A stretch of 64,000 bases of DNA from an uncultured Gammaproteobacteria bacterium (GCA_964535655.1 CAZHTP010000003.1:1186-65185); one strand, 5' to 3'; shown: positions 48,067 through 58,760, numbered from the stretch's first letter. Notes: generated from the sequence alone by a model not told the origin. Program-made: numbers and translations.

Positions 48067-49749
48067 TTATTTTAAATAGTGGTTCTGTAAATATTGCAAG
48101 TGTTGTTGTTTTTCTTTTTTAAATTTCTCACTATTTATATCTAAATCTGCAATGAGTTGTGATGCATACTGTGCTCCAAGGTAGTGAGGCATAATCACAT
48201 AATTTGCGCCTAGCTCATATAACTCTTGTGCGTGATGGATGGTATGGCTAAGGACCATAATAATTCCTTTTTTATTAACTCTTCGAATTGTTTTGACTAG
48301 CAGTTTACTTACGCGATCTTCCGGGATTGTCGAAACAAATAATTTAACATTGGCTAAATCGAGCTCTTCCAAAAATTCTATATCTTCGGCATCACCAAAT
48401 TTAAAAGGTATTCCTTCTTCGGTTAGTGTTTTAATTGATTCAGGATTAAAATCGATTACTACAAAAGGCCGATTATTTTTTTGAAACGCTTTAACAAATT
48501 CTTTTCCTACACGGTGATAGCCAAATAAAATAGCTTCGTAGGGATGTTCTTGTTCTTTAGTATGTTTATGCGTTTTCTTGAATTCAAACAGAGATAGCAA
48601 AGGAGATAGCTTTGTATATAGATAGTCATCGTGCATGATAAAATATGTAGATCCACCAATAGTTATTAGCCCAACAATCGTAATAATTGATAAAACTTCT
48701 TGATTAATCTGCCCTAACTGGAACCCCATCGTTGCAAGAATTAAAGAAAATTCGCTAATTTGCGCGACTGTTAATCCAGCTTTAAATCCTACTTTTTTAC
48801 TAAAACCTAACAAATTCATGATTACGATCATGATAATTGGATTACCAATTAATACAAAAAGGGAAAGAATTACAATTGGTAAAATTGTATTCTCTACATT
48901 GGTAAAAGTGATTTGAGAGCCGATTAAAATAAAGAACAAGAGAACAAAAAAGTCTCGAAGAGGCTTTAAACGGGAACTAATTTCATAGGCGTATGGAGTA
49001 ACTGCCAACGTAACTCCTGCAACAAGAGCGCCTATCTCGACTGAGAATCCTGCTAAATAAAAGAGTGTTGCAATGGATAATCCCCAACCAAGAGAAAAAA
49101 GAAACAATAATTCTTGGGACTGGGCGATCGAACGAATTGTTTTGCCTATAACATAATTACTAATGAAAATGATTCCAAAAGTTAAGGCAAAGCCCTTAAT
49201 TAGCGTTAAGCTAATAACGAGCCCGAGCTCACTTTGCGAAGAATTCTCTAATGTTGTAATCAATACTAATACAACTGTTGCAATGATATCTTGTACAACC
49301 AAAAGTCCGATGATTATTTTCGCGTACAGTGCGTTTATATCACCTTTATCAGACAATAACTTCAAAATTATAATCGTACTTGAGAAAGTAAGCGCAATGC
49401 TAACATAAAGCGCCGCCGTGTGATCTAATCCTAAGCTAATCGAAATAATAAACCCGATAAGGGTGGTAACAATAACTTGCGCTACTCCTGAGGCTATCGA
49501 AACTTTTCCAACCTCTTTAATAACTTGTGGGTTCAGATTTAGTCCGACTATAAATAGTAGGATTACTACGCCTATCTTCGAAAATATTTCGATTGTTGTG
49601 CCTGCCTTAATTACATCGAAAAAATATGGTCCACAGATTAGCCCTGTTAGAATATAGCCAATTATTAATGGCTGTTTCAAAAATCTAATTATCATAGCAA
49701 CTATCGTTGCAATAATAATTACAATACTTATTTCGAGAAAGATTTCCAT
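48067..49749 (-). CDS. Monovalent cation:proton antiporter-2 (Kef-type) with C-terminal RCK/TrkA-N domain
   Basis: About 12 TM plus Rossmann 'ILFGYHRVGKEFVKAF...VVIDFNPE'. 560 aa. Confidence 0.75.
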   Translation of the reverse strand: MEIFLEISIVIIIATIVAMIIRFLKQPLIIGYILTGLICGPYFFDVIKAGTTIEIFSKIGVVILLFIVGLNLNPQVIKEVGKVSIASGVAQVIVTTLIGFIISISLGLDHTAALYVSIALTFSSTIIILKLLSDKGDINALYAKIIIGLLVVQDIIATVVLVLITTLENSSQSELGLVISLTLIKGFALTFGIIFISNYVIGKTIRSIAQSQELLFLFSLGWGLSIATLFYLAGFSVEIGALVAGVTLAVTPYAYEISSRLKPLRDFFVLLFFILIGSQITFTNVENTILPIVILSLFVLIGNPIIMIVIMNLLGFSKKVGFKAGLTVAQISEFSLILATMGFQLGQINQEVLSIITIVGLITIGGSTYFIMHDDYLYTKLSPLLSLFEFKKTHKHTKEQEHPYEAILFGYHRVGKEFVKAFQKNNRPFVVIDFNPESIKTLTEEGIPFKFGDAEDIEFLEELDLANVKLFVSTIPEDRVSKLLVKTIRRVNKKGIIMVLSHTIHHAQELYELGANYVIMPHYLGAQYASQLIADLDINSEKFKKEKQQHLQYLQNHYLK

Positions 49750-49788
49750 AGTATAATTGAGTTTATTATATAATGGTATGATTTTACA

Positions 49789-50613
49789 ATGAGACGACCC
49801 CGCGCTCGTTCAACTCTCTCCCGTATTCTCTATCGTTTACACCCTGACAGGCCCAAAGTTGGTGCAGAATTATTACAAGTGCAATCTAAGGCAAAACAAC
49901 AATTTTTTTTATCGGGACAGCGATTACGAATTGTTTCCTGGAATACACACAAAGGCACGCGTTCAGGATATCGGGAGCACTTAGAACGAGAAGTTTTGGG
50001 TGCAGACTTGATATTGCTTCAAGAGTTCAAGCAAGGGCAAGCATTTGACTCTATTCACCAAACTGTATTTCATGACAAAGATTCCTTAATGGCAGTAAGT
50101 TATTTCACTTTACAAAGTAACCTTTCTCCTACCGGAGTATATACGGCATCTACCGTTCCTCACTCTCAGGCAGTTGTTGTAACCTCTCGTTCACTTGAGC
50201 CACTTACTAAGACCCCTAAAATGGCCCTCTGTTCCTGGTATCCGCTACATAATTCATATGATTCAGTACACTCTTTACTTGTTTTGAACTGTCATGGCAT
50301 AAACTTCAGGCTGCGCAAGTCTTTTGAATCGCATATGTCACAACTGCGTGAACAACTTACGCAACATATGGGCCCTATAATTTTTATTGGCGACTTTAAC
50401 ACTTGGGAATCCGGTAGGGAAAGAATACTTGATAGTCTTGCTGGTGAATTATCTTTACAACAGGTTCAATTCCCTAGAGGTATAAAACGAGTCGGCTCAC
50501 ATGAATTGGATCGTGTATATGTAAGAGGTGGAGTCTGTGAAAATTGCCGAGTATCAATTAATAGACATGCTTCTGATCATTCTCTGCTTTCTTTCGATTT
50601 TATTCTTGCATAA
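49789..50613 (+). CDS. Endonuclease/exonuclease/phosphatase (EEP) family protein
   Basis: 'RIVSWNTHKG' N-terminal and 'HASDHSLLSFDF' C-terminal signatures. Confidence 0.55.
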   Translation: MRRPRARSTLSRILYRLHPDRPKVGAELLQVQSKAKQQFFLSGQRLRIVSWNTHKGTRSGYREHLEREVLGADLILLQEFKQGQAFDSIHQTVFHDKDSLMAVSYFTLQSNLSPTGVYTASTVPHSQAVVVTSRSLEPLTKTPKMALCSWYPLHNSYDSVHSLLVLNCHGINFRLRKSFESHMSQLREQLTQHMGPIIFIGDFNTWESGRERILDSLAGELSLQQVQFPRGIKRVGSHELDRVYVRGGVCENCRVSINRHASDHSLLSFDFILA

Positions 50614-51023
50614 GAGATGAGTACATCTTTACTCGGAACGTATTCTAAGGAAGCAGAATTGATACAATACCGCTCTCCGGTTGGTGGAGGACCATCATTA
50701 AAAACATGACCCAAATGGGCTCCGCAATTGCTACACTCTACTTCTGTTCTTTGCATACCAAAACTGTTATCGTCAATCCGTTCAATATTGGCGTTTTTAT
50801 CTTCCTGAGAGAATGCGGGCCATCCACAATGTGCTTCAAACTTGTCGGCAGAATGAAAGAGTACTTTTCTACAATTAGAACACGCAAAACTTCCCGGTTC
50901 CCAAAAATCATCGTATTTACCGGTAAATGGCGCTTCAGTACCTCTCTCACGGGTCACTTGGTATTGTTCGGGCGTTAATTTTTCTTTCCAATATGAATCA
51001 GGCACGTTCTTAAAATCTGTCAT
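50577..51023 (-). CDS. msrB: Peptide-methionine (R)-S-oxide reductase
   Basis: 'CGWPAF', 'RTEVECSNCGAHLGHVFNDGP'. Two CxxC zinc motifs. Confidence 0.85.
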   Translation of the reverse strand: MTDFKNVPDSYWKEKLTPEQYQVTRERGTEAPFTGKYDDFWEPGSFACSNCRKVLFHSADKFEAHCGWPAFSQEDKNANIERIDDNSFGMQRTEVECSNCGAHLGHVFNDGPPPTGERYCINSASLEYVPSKDVLISYARIKSKESRE

Positions 51024-52240
51024 GAGTCTCCTTTTGATGGGCGAGCTTTAAGGTACCATGCTGATAATAAAGTAGAAACAGGTACCCCGAGAATGAGAGC
51101 AATACTACCAACCACAGTACGAACAATTTCTTCTACAAATTGCTCACTATTTAGTATTGCCCACAATGGTTGCCCGTGCGGTTGAGAGAGCAAAATAAAG
51201 AGTGGTAATGATGCTCCTGCATAGGCCAAAAATAATGTATTAACTAAGGAGGCGATATGTTCATGACCAACATTGATCCCCCGATTGTATAGATCAGTAA
51301 AACTTAACGACGGATTCGCTTTACTGATTTCATCGACAGCTGCCGCTTGACTGGTAGTGATATCGTCTAACACTCCAAGAGTACCAATTAGGATTCCGCC
51401 CAACAACAATCCTTTTAAGTTAACACTTCCTAGTGCTCCCGCCTGGAGAAACATCGCTTCTTCGCTGCCTAATCCGTTGAGTTGAGTCATATTAACAGCA
51501 AGCCTTGCTAATAGAATTGAAATTCCTAAGGTACCCAAAGTACTAACCAGGGCAACTGTAGTTCGTTTATTAAAACCATGTGCCAGATAAAGAGAGATGA
51601 CAGCAATTAGTAAGATTCCCACTAAGGTTACAAAAAAAGGATTACTTCCTCCAAGAATTTGCGGAATAATATATTGCACGATAATGAGAACACTCACTCC
51701 CAAACCTACCGTTGCCATTACACCTTTTAATCGTCCGAATGCTACGATAAGAATAAAGAAAGCCACCAGAAGCACTATCACGGAGTGTAATCTATACCGA
51801 TCGCTAATTACGTACGTCGCTTCCGCGCCAGTTTGAGATTTCATCACAACAACAGTTTCACCTTGCTTAGGAACGGAAATAGTATCTTTAGCATCTGCTT
51901 GAGTATATTTTATAATAATCGTTTTATTTTTATCGGGTCCATCAAGAAGTTGTACCGAGATATCTTGTGAAATGGATTTAAATCCTTGAAACTGGCTAAT
52001 GGTTGCCTTGCCTACTTTAAGGATTTTAGCCGTATAGAATTCGTCTTTGGGGAACACCTCGGGAACCTGCGCCTCAGGCTCACCAGAGTTGGTAGCAGGT
52101 ACGCCTTCTATTGCACTATCTTGTTGAGCCCTTACCGGCACAGAAAATAGGGAGGAACAGAGCAATAGACTTAAAATTAAGACAATTACAATTCTTTTCA
52201 TTTGTCTATTATAACTTTTTATCATTGACAATGCAGGCAA
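51020..52240 (-). CDS. YibE/F-family membrane protein
   Basis: N-terminal secreted region plus multiple TM. 'GTLGVLDDITTSQAAAV' motif. Confidence 0.5.
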   Translation of the reverse strand: MPALSMIKSYNRQMKRIVIVLILSLLLCSSLFSVPVRAQQDSAIEGVPATNSGEPEAQVPEVFPKDEFYTAKILKVGKATISQFQGFKSISQDISVQLLDGPDKNKTIIIKYTQADAKDTISVPKQGETVVVMKSQTGAEATYVISDRYRLHSVIVLLVAFFILIVAFGRLKGVMATVGLGVSVLIIVQYIIPQILGGSNPFFVTLVGILLIAVISLYLAHGFNKRTTVALVSTLGTLGISILLARLAVNMTQLNGLGSEEAMFLQAGALGSVNLKGLLLGGILIGTLGVLDDITTSQAAAVDEISKANPSLSFTDLYNRGINVGHEHIASLVNTLFLAYAGASLPLFILLSQPHGQPLWAILNSEQFVEEIVRTVVGSIALILGVPVSTLLSAWYLKARPSKGDS

Positions 52241-52665
52241 AGACCGAAAAATTCTAACGTATGACTTTTAATTTTAAATTTACTTTTTATCTTTACTTTT
52301 TGCTCAATCTCCTGTAAATCATCTTTTATAATGATATCCTCAATATGATCGCATTTTTCACAAATTAAGTGATGGTGATGTTCGCGGGAAGATAATTCGT
52401 ACCGTTTACGCACATCGCCGAAATCCAAACTATCAAGATAACCCAGCTCTACTAGCGAATCTATTTCGCGATATATGGTAGTTTTATTGGGATTCATTCC
52501 ATCTTTGGAAAGGAAGTCCAGTATATCGTTTACTGACAAGGGGCGCGCATGATTAAAAAATAGATTAAGCAACGCTTTTCTATATCTTGTTACTTTTAAT
52601 CCACTCTCTCTTAATCGTGCAAGAATTTCATCGGTATCCATGAAATAATGATACCATTTATGCAA
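52222..52665 (-). CDS. Fur-family metalloregulator (Zur-like)
   Basis: 'HHHLICEKCDHI' and C-terminal 'CLHCQ' metal sites. Divergent from the metal ABC importer. Confidence 0.7.
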   Translation of the reverse strand: MHKWYHYFMDTDEILARLRESGLKVTRYRKALLNLFFNHARPLSVNDILDFLSKDGMNPNKTTIYREIDSLVELGYLDSLDFGDVRKRYELSSREHHHHLICEKCDHIEDIIIKDDLQEIEQKVKIKSKFKIKSHTLEFFGLCLHCQ

Positions 52666-52675
52666 CTAACTTGCA
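52661..52675. promoter_or_regulatory. Imperfect palindrome TGCAAcTAAcTTGCA (candidate Zur/Fur box) overlapping the regulator gene start
   Basis: 5-5-5 inverted repeat in the zur/znuA divergent intergenic region. Confidence 0.35.
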
Positions 52676-52704
52676 AATTATTTTTTTTTGTATACAATTG
52701 ATTA

Positions 52705-53613
52705 ATGAAGAAATTAAGTCTTTTGATCGTGATGCTTATTTTACTTACCTTTGGGGCATTTGTTATCGATCGAGTATATAGGACGACCAACACCACTTCT
52801 AACAAAATGCAAATTGTAGCAACCTTTTACCCTTTGGGTGAGTTTGCCCAAGTCGTGGGAGGAGAGTTAGTTAGCGTTACCGTCTTGGTACCTCCCGGAA
52901 GCGAACCACACGACTTTGAGCCGACACCTAAGCAAATTGCAAATCTCTTGCGTTCACAAATCTTTATTTATAATGGTGCAGGATTTGAACGATGGGTAGA
53001 TAAAATACTACCTCAATTACAGGCTAAGAATATACCTATTATAAACGCCAGCTCTACTGTTTCGCTTGAAGCCGCTGATCGGACTCAAGTTAATCCACAT
53101 TTTTGGCTTGATCCTGTTTTAGCACAACACGAAGTTGCCGAAATCCGAGATACTCTTATGCGTATTGATCCGATCCATGTAGAAACTTATAAGAAAAATG
53201 CTTCGCAGTATCTATCACAACTTTCAGCCCTCGACGCCGAGATTCGTACTGGACTGACAAATTGTAATAAGCGTATGGTTATCGCGTCTCATGATGCCTT
53301 CGGGTATTATGCAAAGCGCTATGATATCGAAGTTACGGCAATTTCTGGCCTTTCTCCGGATGATGAGCCGTCACCTGCAAAAATGGCGGCAATTGCAAAT
53401 TTAGCACGCACAAATAATATAAAGTACATCTTTTTTGAGTCTTTAGTTACCCCTCGATTATCCGATACAATAGCTATGGAAGTAGGCGCACAGACATTAG
53501 TATTTAACCCATTAGAAGGATTATCTTCAAGCGAAATCACAATGGGCAAGAATTACTTTAGTATTCAAAAGGATAATTTGCAGAACTTGAAGACTGCACT
53601 GGAGTGTAATTAA
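52705..53613 (+). CDS. Metal (Zn/Mn) ABC transporter substrate-binding protein (TroA/ZnuA-like)
   Basis: TM anchor. 'HDFEP', 'HFWLDP', 'SHDAFGYY' metal-binding helix motifs. Confidence 0.7.
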   Translation: MKKLSLLIVMLILLTFGAFVIDRVYRTTNTTSNKMQIVATFYPLGEFAQVVGGELVSVTVLVPPGSEPHDFEPTPKQIANLLRSQIFIYNGAGFERWVDKILPQLQAKNIPIINASSTVSLEAADRTQVNPHFWLDPVLAQHEVAEIRDTLMRIDPIHVETYKKNASQYLSQLSALDAEIRTGLTNCNKRMVIASHDAFGYYAKRYDIEVTAISGLSPDDEPSPAKMAAIANLARTNNIKYIFFESLVTPRLSDTIAMEVGAQTLVFNPLEGLSSSEITMGKNYFSIQKDNLQNLKTALECN

Positions 53614-54371
53614 TGGAGCATCTCGTACATTTTGAACATGTTCATTTTGCTTACAACGGGGAAGAAGTTCTTTCGGATATTTCTTTGGATATCGATAAGG
53701 GAGATTTCCTAGGGATTATCGGCCCAAACGGCAGTGGTAAAACAACGTTGCTGAGGTTGTTACTTGGACTTTTGCACCCCCAACAAGGAAGAATCTCTTT
53801 ATTTAACACTGCAGTGCAAAATTTTCATAATTGGACAAAGATTGGATATGTCCCGCAAAAAGCTACTCAGTTTGAATCGAAAATACCAGTCACCGTCCGT
53901 GAAGTAGTTGGCATGGGCAGGGTTGCGAAAGCAGGGCTTTTTAAACGTTTATCTTTGAACGACTATCATGCCATTGATTCAGCTTTAGAAGCTGTGGGAT
54001 TAAAAAACTTTGACGAGCGGTTGATTACCGAACTTTCAGGAGGGCAGCAGCAACGGGTTTTTATAGCTAAAGCGCTTGCTAACGAGCCAGAGCTACTCAT
54101 TCTTGACGAGCCTACTGTTGGTGTAGATATTGAAGTTCAGGATGAGTTTTATCAATTGCTGGCTGAACTAAATAAAAATTCGCTTAACAGGAATCCATTA
54201 ACTCTTATCATTGTCTCTCATGATATCGATGTAATTGTTAACGAAGTAAACAAAGTTGCCTGTCTAAATAAAACTCTGGTTTATGAGGGAACGCCGAAAG
54301 ACTTTATTAAAGAAGATTATATAGAAAAATTATACGGTAAAACACGCAAATTTATTTTGCATGCACACTAA
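53613..54371 (+). CDS. Metal ABC transporter ATP-binding protein
   Basis: Walker A 'GPNGSGKTT', signature 'LSGGQQQR', Walker B 'ILDEPT'. Confidence 0.8.
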   Translation: MEHLVHFEHVHFAYNGEEVLSDISLDIDKGDFLGIIGPNGSGKTTLLRLLLGLLHPQQGRISLFNTAVQNFHNWTKIGYVPQKATQFESKIPVTVREVVGMGRVAKAGLFKRLSLNDYHAIDSALEAVGLKNFDERLITELSGGQQQRVFIAKALANEPELLILDEPTVGVDIEVQDEFYQLLAELNKNSLNRNPLTLIIVSHDIDVIVNEVNKVACLNKTLVYEGTPKDFIKEDYIEKLYGKTRKFILHAH

Positions 54372-55176
54372 ATATATGTTGGAAATATTTGAGTATGATT
54401 TCATGATCAGGGCTTTTATTGTTGGAAGTACTATTGCCTTTATTGCGCCAATGATCGGAATTTTTCTTGTTAGCAAGCGTTATTCGCTGATGGCGGATAC
54501 TCTTTCGCATGTTAGCTTAGCAGGAGTAGCACTAGGATTGTTGCTCAATATTTATCCTGTGTATACTGCTTTACTTGTTTCAGTGATGGCGGCAATTTGT
54601 ATTCAGAGATTAAGCCGCTCCAGAAAAATTTCAGGTGAATCGACCCTGGCATTGTTCCTTTCTGGAGGGTTGGCTGTGGCAACGGTATTAATTAGTTTCG
54701 CACGAGGTTTTACTGTAGACCTTTTTTCTTACTTATTTGGAAGTATAACTACTGTTTCAACTGGGGATGTCCTTATCACTTTAATACTTGCCTTTATTGT
54801 TGTCTGTGTCATTATGATTTTATACAAACAACTATTTTACGTAGCATTTGATGAAGAGTCTGCACGAGTAAGTGGTTTACCAGTATCGCAAATAAATTAT
54901 ATTTTTATGATATTGGCCGCAGTTACTATTGCACTGGCAATTAGAATAGTTGGGGTATTACTTATTAGTGCGCTTATTGTTATACCAGTCTTAAGCGGAT
55001 CACTCGTAGCGCGAAGTTTTAAGCAAACCTTGCTTATATCAATTGTTTTTAGCTTATTTGTCGTTCTTACTGGTTTATTTTTATCTTACTATTTTAATTT
55101 AGCTGCAGGCGGAGCTATCGTTTTACTTTCGCTTATTGGATTTGGATTTTTTCACTTGCTCTCTCATGCTTCTTAA
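54361..55176 (+). CDS. Metal ABC transporter permease (ZnuB/TroC-like)
   Basis: 8 TM. Overlaps the ATPase gene. 271 aa. Confidence 0.75.
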   Translation: MHTKYMLEIFEYDFMIRAFIVGSTIAFIAPMIGIFLVSKRYSLMADTLSHVSLAGVALGLLLNIYPVYTALLVSVMAAICIQRLSRSRKISGESTLALFLSGGLAVATVLISFARGFTVDLFSYLFGSITTVSTGDVLITLILAFIVVCVIMILYKQLFYVAFDEESARVSGLPVSQINYIFMILAAVTIALAIRIVGVLLISALIVIPVLSGSLVARSFKQTLLISIVFSLFVVLTGLFLSYYFNLAAGGAIVLLSLIGFGFFHLLSHAS

Positions 55177-55825
55177 ATTTGGTATACTCGTACGTATGAA
55201 GAAAATAATTATTGCCCCTTTAGTATTATTAACTATTATATTGGCAGGTTGCACTGGTAATCAGGCAAAGCCGACAAGTAAGCCGGTTGTTACCATTGAA
55301 CCATTGCCAATAGCCACACCGGAGATACGGAATATGAACCGAGATACTGTTACTGTTGAAACAAACAAAGGTACTATTGTAATTGAAATGTATAACGAAG
55401 ACGCTCCCAAAACCGTAGCGAACTTTGAGAAGCTCGCTCAACAGGGTTTTTATAATAACTTAACATTCCACCGAGTGATAAAAGACTTTATGATTCAAGG
55501 TGGAGACCCCAGTGGTAATGGGACAGGTGGACCTGGATATAAATTTGAAGATGAACTTAACCCAAACGCAGAATCGTATAAGCGAGGTTATAAAAGGGGT
55601 GTTGTAGCAATGGCCAATGCCGGTCCGAATACCAACGGAAGCCAATTTTTTATAATGCATAAGGATTATCCGCTACCTAATGCTTATACCATATTTGGTC
55701 ATGTAATCTCTGGTCAGGAAGTTGTCGATGAAATTGCCCGAACAGAGACAGATATGAGCGACAAACCTAAGGAACCAGTTGTTATGAAGACCCTTAGCGT
55801 TGACCCGGCTACGGGTAAAAAGTAA
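55136..55825 (+). CDS. Peptidyl-prolyl cis-trans isomerase, cyclophilin type (lipoprotein)
   Basis: 'FHRVIKDFMIQGGDP', 'GPNTNGSQFFI'. Lipobox 'LAGC'. Confidence 0.85.
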   Translation: MDLDFFTCSLMLLKFGILVRMKKIIIAPLVLLTIILAGCTGNQAKPTSKPVVTIEPLPIATPEIRNMNRDTVTVETNKGTIVIEMYNEDAPKTVANFEKLAQQGFYNNLTFHRVIKDFMIQGGDPSGNGTGGPGYKFEDELNPNAESYKRGYKRGVVAMANAGPNTNGSQFFIMHKDYPLPNAYTIFGHVISGQEVVDEIARTETDMSDKPKEPVVMKTLSVDPATGKK

Positions 55826-55876
55826 CCAAATCACTTAGATTTGGATCCGTTCCTGCATTGCTTGTGTGATACCAAT

Positions 55877-56293
55877 TCATTTTGTATCCAATTTTTCAAG
55901 AATGGAGATTATTTTATCTAGTTTCTCAATTTCAATTCTTGAAAGAGCTTGCTGCAGCTGCTCTATCTCTTTTTTAGCCTTTATATTCGTATGAAAATCT
56001 TCTTCTGCTTGCACTCGATCACGGTCTGCCTGGCGATTTTGCGCCATCATAATAATTGGTGCTGCATACGCAGCTTGAGTTGAGAAAAGTAAGTTTAGGA
56101 GAATAAATGGATATGGGTCCCAATGCTGAAATAACGCAATCAAATTAATTATAATCCAAAATCCGACAAAGATAGATTGGGCAATAATAAATGTCCAACT
56201 CCCCATTCCATTTGCTACTCCATCGGCAATTCTTTGCCCTATAGAAAGCTGCTCTTTATGTTTGCTGTGCCAGTTTTTTTCTTGGTGATCCAT
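55877..56293 (-). CDS. DUF1003 family membrane protein
   Basis: Two TM plus 'FSTQAAYAAPIIMMAQNRQADRDR' and a C-terminal coiled-coil. Confidence 0.5.
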   Translation of the reverse strand: MDHQEKNWHSKHKEQLSIGQRIADGVANGMGSWTFIIAQSIFVGFWIIINLIALFQHWDPYPFILLNLLFSTQAAYAAPIIMMAQNRQADRDRVQAEEDFHTNIKAKKEIEQLQQALSRIEIEKLDKIISILEKLDTK

Positions 56294-56299
56294 ATATTA

Positions 56300-58036
56300 C
56301 TATAAAGATAATGATAAATTTGTTCCTGTTTCGAATAGATCAGGGTCTGTACCTCCGTCATTGGCTGCCCAATGTTTGTTTGAAGGGTCTTCGATATATG
56401 TGGCTAGTTTGTATGTTGTCCCGTTTGATCTAAAAATGTAACGCGCTGATACTTTTTTACCAGATAGCGTAATCATCTGCTCATCGTTAGAAGGATCAAT
56501 TGGTTGTGATGCAATATACTCATGTAGATCTGCGGGAATCCATGAAACATCGCCATTGTATTTTGTAGAATCATACCCCATTGATGAACACTTTTTCTGA
56601 TCTGATGTGGGAGTACAAACTGGAAGTTTAAAAGAAGTATTCATAACCTGGGATGCATCGATTGCATTTCGAAGTGCTGTCAAATCGGAGAGTCGTTTAG
56701 AATCTCTGGCCTTTGCGTATAGTGAGCTCGTTCCTGCAAGCCCGCTTTCAAGAACCTGACTACGTAGATCGTCAATACTTTTTGCATCGGTTGGTTCGGT
56801 TATATTTATAGGTTTATTGTAGTCTTTGAACTCCACTTCTGTATTTAACTGAACTGAAGTCTTTTGCTGATCACTACTCATCGTTAATGCCAGTTTCAAT
56901 TTATAAGGTAACGTATCTGCTTTACCGACCCAAATTTCTCCATTAATACTTTTTACATAATCAAAGTAATCGGTTTCGCTTTCGTTAATTTTCGAGTCAG
57001 TCAACATTGCAAAAAACTCGAGATAAAATTCTTTTAACTTTTTTTTATCTATAGAGAACGAATAATGTTTGGTCTCCACTGAGTTAACAGTTTCCGTTGA
57101 GACCGTTTTGTCAAACACAATGAATTTATGTTTTGCATAGGTTTGTTTTATTTTCTCTTTATTTTCTTTTATTTTTGTTATTTCTGCTGAATCAGTAGCC
57201 ATTGCAAACTCGCTCCCGAACGGATAAACCGATCTTGCGGCACTTGAGTCTAATTTAATCCACTGATTTTGGAGAACACCAAGACCATTCATTTCAGGTA
57301 AATCGGGAATTTTATTTACTTTCAGATACAGCGATTTGTTTATCGCCCGCATTTCTAGGCCAGCATTAACCTCGGCATCATTGGCTGGCTTATAGTGTAA
57401 CGAAATGGTAGCGGCGCTTTTTTGATTTTCTTTTAACGTTTTATCCCACTGGCCATCAATACCGATGCTCATGTCGTAGACTGAGTTTGCACCAAGTGCT
57501 GTTTCAACCTGTTGGAGTGGTTTTAAAAATGAAACGGTGTCTGTTGAAGGATCGTTCGCAGTAACAGTTGCTGACAAGGATCCTTTATATGAATATGATT
57601 TAACCATTTCTAGATTATTTTCCATTCGATTTAGCATGTTTTCAGGGGTATTGAAAATATAGATGTAGGCGAGGAAACTTCCTGCACCGATAATGCAGAA
57701 AATGCATATTGAAAGTAGGAGTAATGAATTCATTCCCGATTTTTTTGGCATGAGTGCAAGTTCTGTTTTTAATTCCTGGAGTGATTCATCAATTATCTGT
57801 TCTGGCCACCCTCCGCTGAGCATAGCTTGCTTTATTTCTTCCGAACTTTTCTTTTTATTGAGTTCCTGAAGAAGGTACTTGCGTAGATCTGGTGTCATGA
57901 ATTTTATTGTATAGAAGTAATTATTAAAAGTATACTTACTCTTTAACCGGAATACATTATCCCGTTGGTAAGGAGGAGTTGGATTTCTATTTGCAACGAA
58001 TTCAGTACTAATGGGCGCAGAGATAATTATGATCAA
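56300..58036 (-). CDS. Large membrane-anchored hypothetical protein
   Basis: 578 aa. Cytoplasmic N-terminus, one TM, large extracytoplasmic domain. Overlaps the next gene. Confidence 0.4.
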   Translation of the reverse strand: MIIIISAPISTEFVANRNPTPPYQRDNVFRLKSKYTFNNYFYTIKFMTPDLRKYLLQELNKKKSSEEIKQAMLSGGWPEQIIDESLQELKTELALMPKKSGMNSLLLLSICIFCIIGAGSFLAYIYIFNTPENMLNRMENNLEMVKSYSYKGSLSATVTANDPSTDTVSFLKPLQQVETALGANSVYDMSIGIDGQWDKTLKENQKSAATISLHYKPANDAEVNAGLEMRAINKSLYLKVNKIPDLPEMNGLGVLQNQWIKLDSSAARSVYPFGSEFAMATDSAEITKIKENKEKIKQTYAKHKFIVFDKTVSTETVNSVETKHYSFSIDKKKLKEFYLEFFAMLTDSKINESETDYFDYVKSINGEIWVGKADTLPYKLKLALTMSSDQQKTSVQLNTEVEFKDYNKPINITEPTDAKSIDDLRSQVLESGLAGTSSLYAKARDSKRLSDLTALRNAIDASQVMNTSFKLPVCTPTSDQKKCSSMGYDSTKYNGDVSWIPADLHEYIASQPIDPSNDEQMITLSGKKVSARYIFRSNGTTYKLATYIEDPSNKHWAANDGGTDPDLFETGTNLSLSL

Positions 58037-58760
58037 AATTATCTACTGTATATTGCACCATCACTACCTTTCCACCAGTAAACGCGTATGCATCCTGACA
58101 ACGTAGTGATGCGGTGTCTTTGTTTTTTGCTCCTGCTGCCCAAACAGGTACATTAGGCTTAAAATCTCCGGCAATTGTTTTCCACTGAAAATTGGTAGAG
58201 TATATCCCCACTTGTTGATTTTGCTTATGAAGGAAATCTAAGGCTCCCTCTATTACTAATTTATTTAATTCCTTATCTTCCGACCAGGTGTTCATGATTT
58301 CTATATCCAACCACCACATGCTTGGTTTAGTTTTTATCTCTTCTACATTGTCGTAGGCAAAAACTGCAGCCTGATATCCATGGTTGTATGCTAAACAGGA
58401 TTCATTCGATTCATCGCACGGCCATGGCCCATTAAAAGCATATTGACGATTTTTCTCACTGATATAGCTCAAATTCATATACACAGCTGGTTTTGCATAG
58501 TTTTTTACCCCCCACTGATATTGATGAGCGAAGCATGGGTTGTCTGTAAAAGGTTTTCCCCCATTTATTCCAATTACGGCAAAGGCCGGGTTTTCGGGAT
58601 ACTCTTTATTACACTGTGGATACGAGATATCAAAACCGGTGATATTATTATGATATGCACTAGATGCGTAAATAACGTGATTAAAAATCATTGGTATGAA
58701 GAGTAGTGAGATTATAAGTGAGTTGATTAGTTTTTCGGTAATACGGATAACTGTGAACAC
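58008..58760 (-). CDS. Secreted glycoside-hydrolase-like protein (Rv2525c/GH25-like, possible cell-wall hydrolase)
   Basis: Signal peptide. 'GFDISYPQC', 'WWLDIE' blocks. Confidence 0.4.
   Translation of the reverse strand: MFTVIRITEKLINSLIISLLFIPMIFNHVIYASSAYHNNITGFDISYPQCNKEYPENPAFAVIGINGGKPFTDNPCFAHQYQWGVKNYAKPAVYMNLSYISEKNRQYAFNGPWPCDESNESCLAYNHGYQAAVFAYDNVEEIKTKPSMWWLDIEIMNTWSEDKELNKLVIEGALDFLHKQNQQVGIYSTNFQWKTIAGDFKPNVPVWAAGAKNKDTASLRCQDAYAFTGGKVVMVQYTVDNFDHNYLCAH

Noticed and set aside
52705-55176. Naming the ABC importer znuABC specifically
   Set aside because: The TroA-like binding protein and Fur-family regulator are compatible with either Zn (ZnuABC/Zur) or Mn/Fe (MntABC/TroABC) specificity. 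Metal selectivity cannot be read from sequence by eye.
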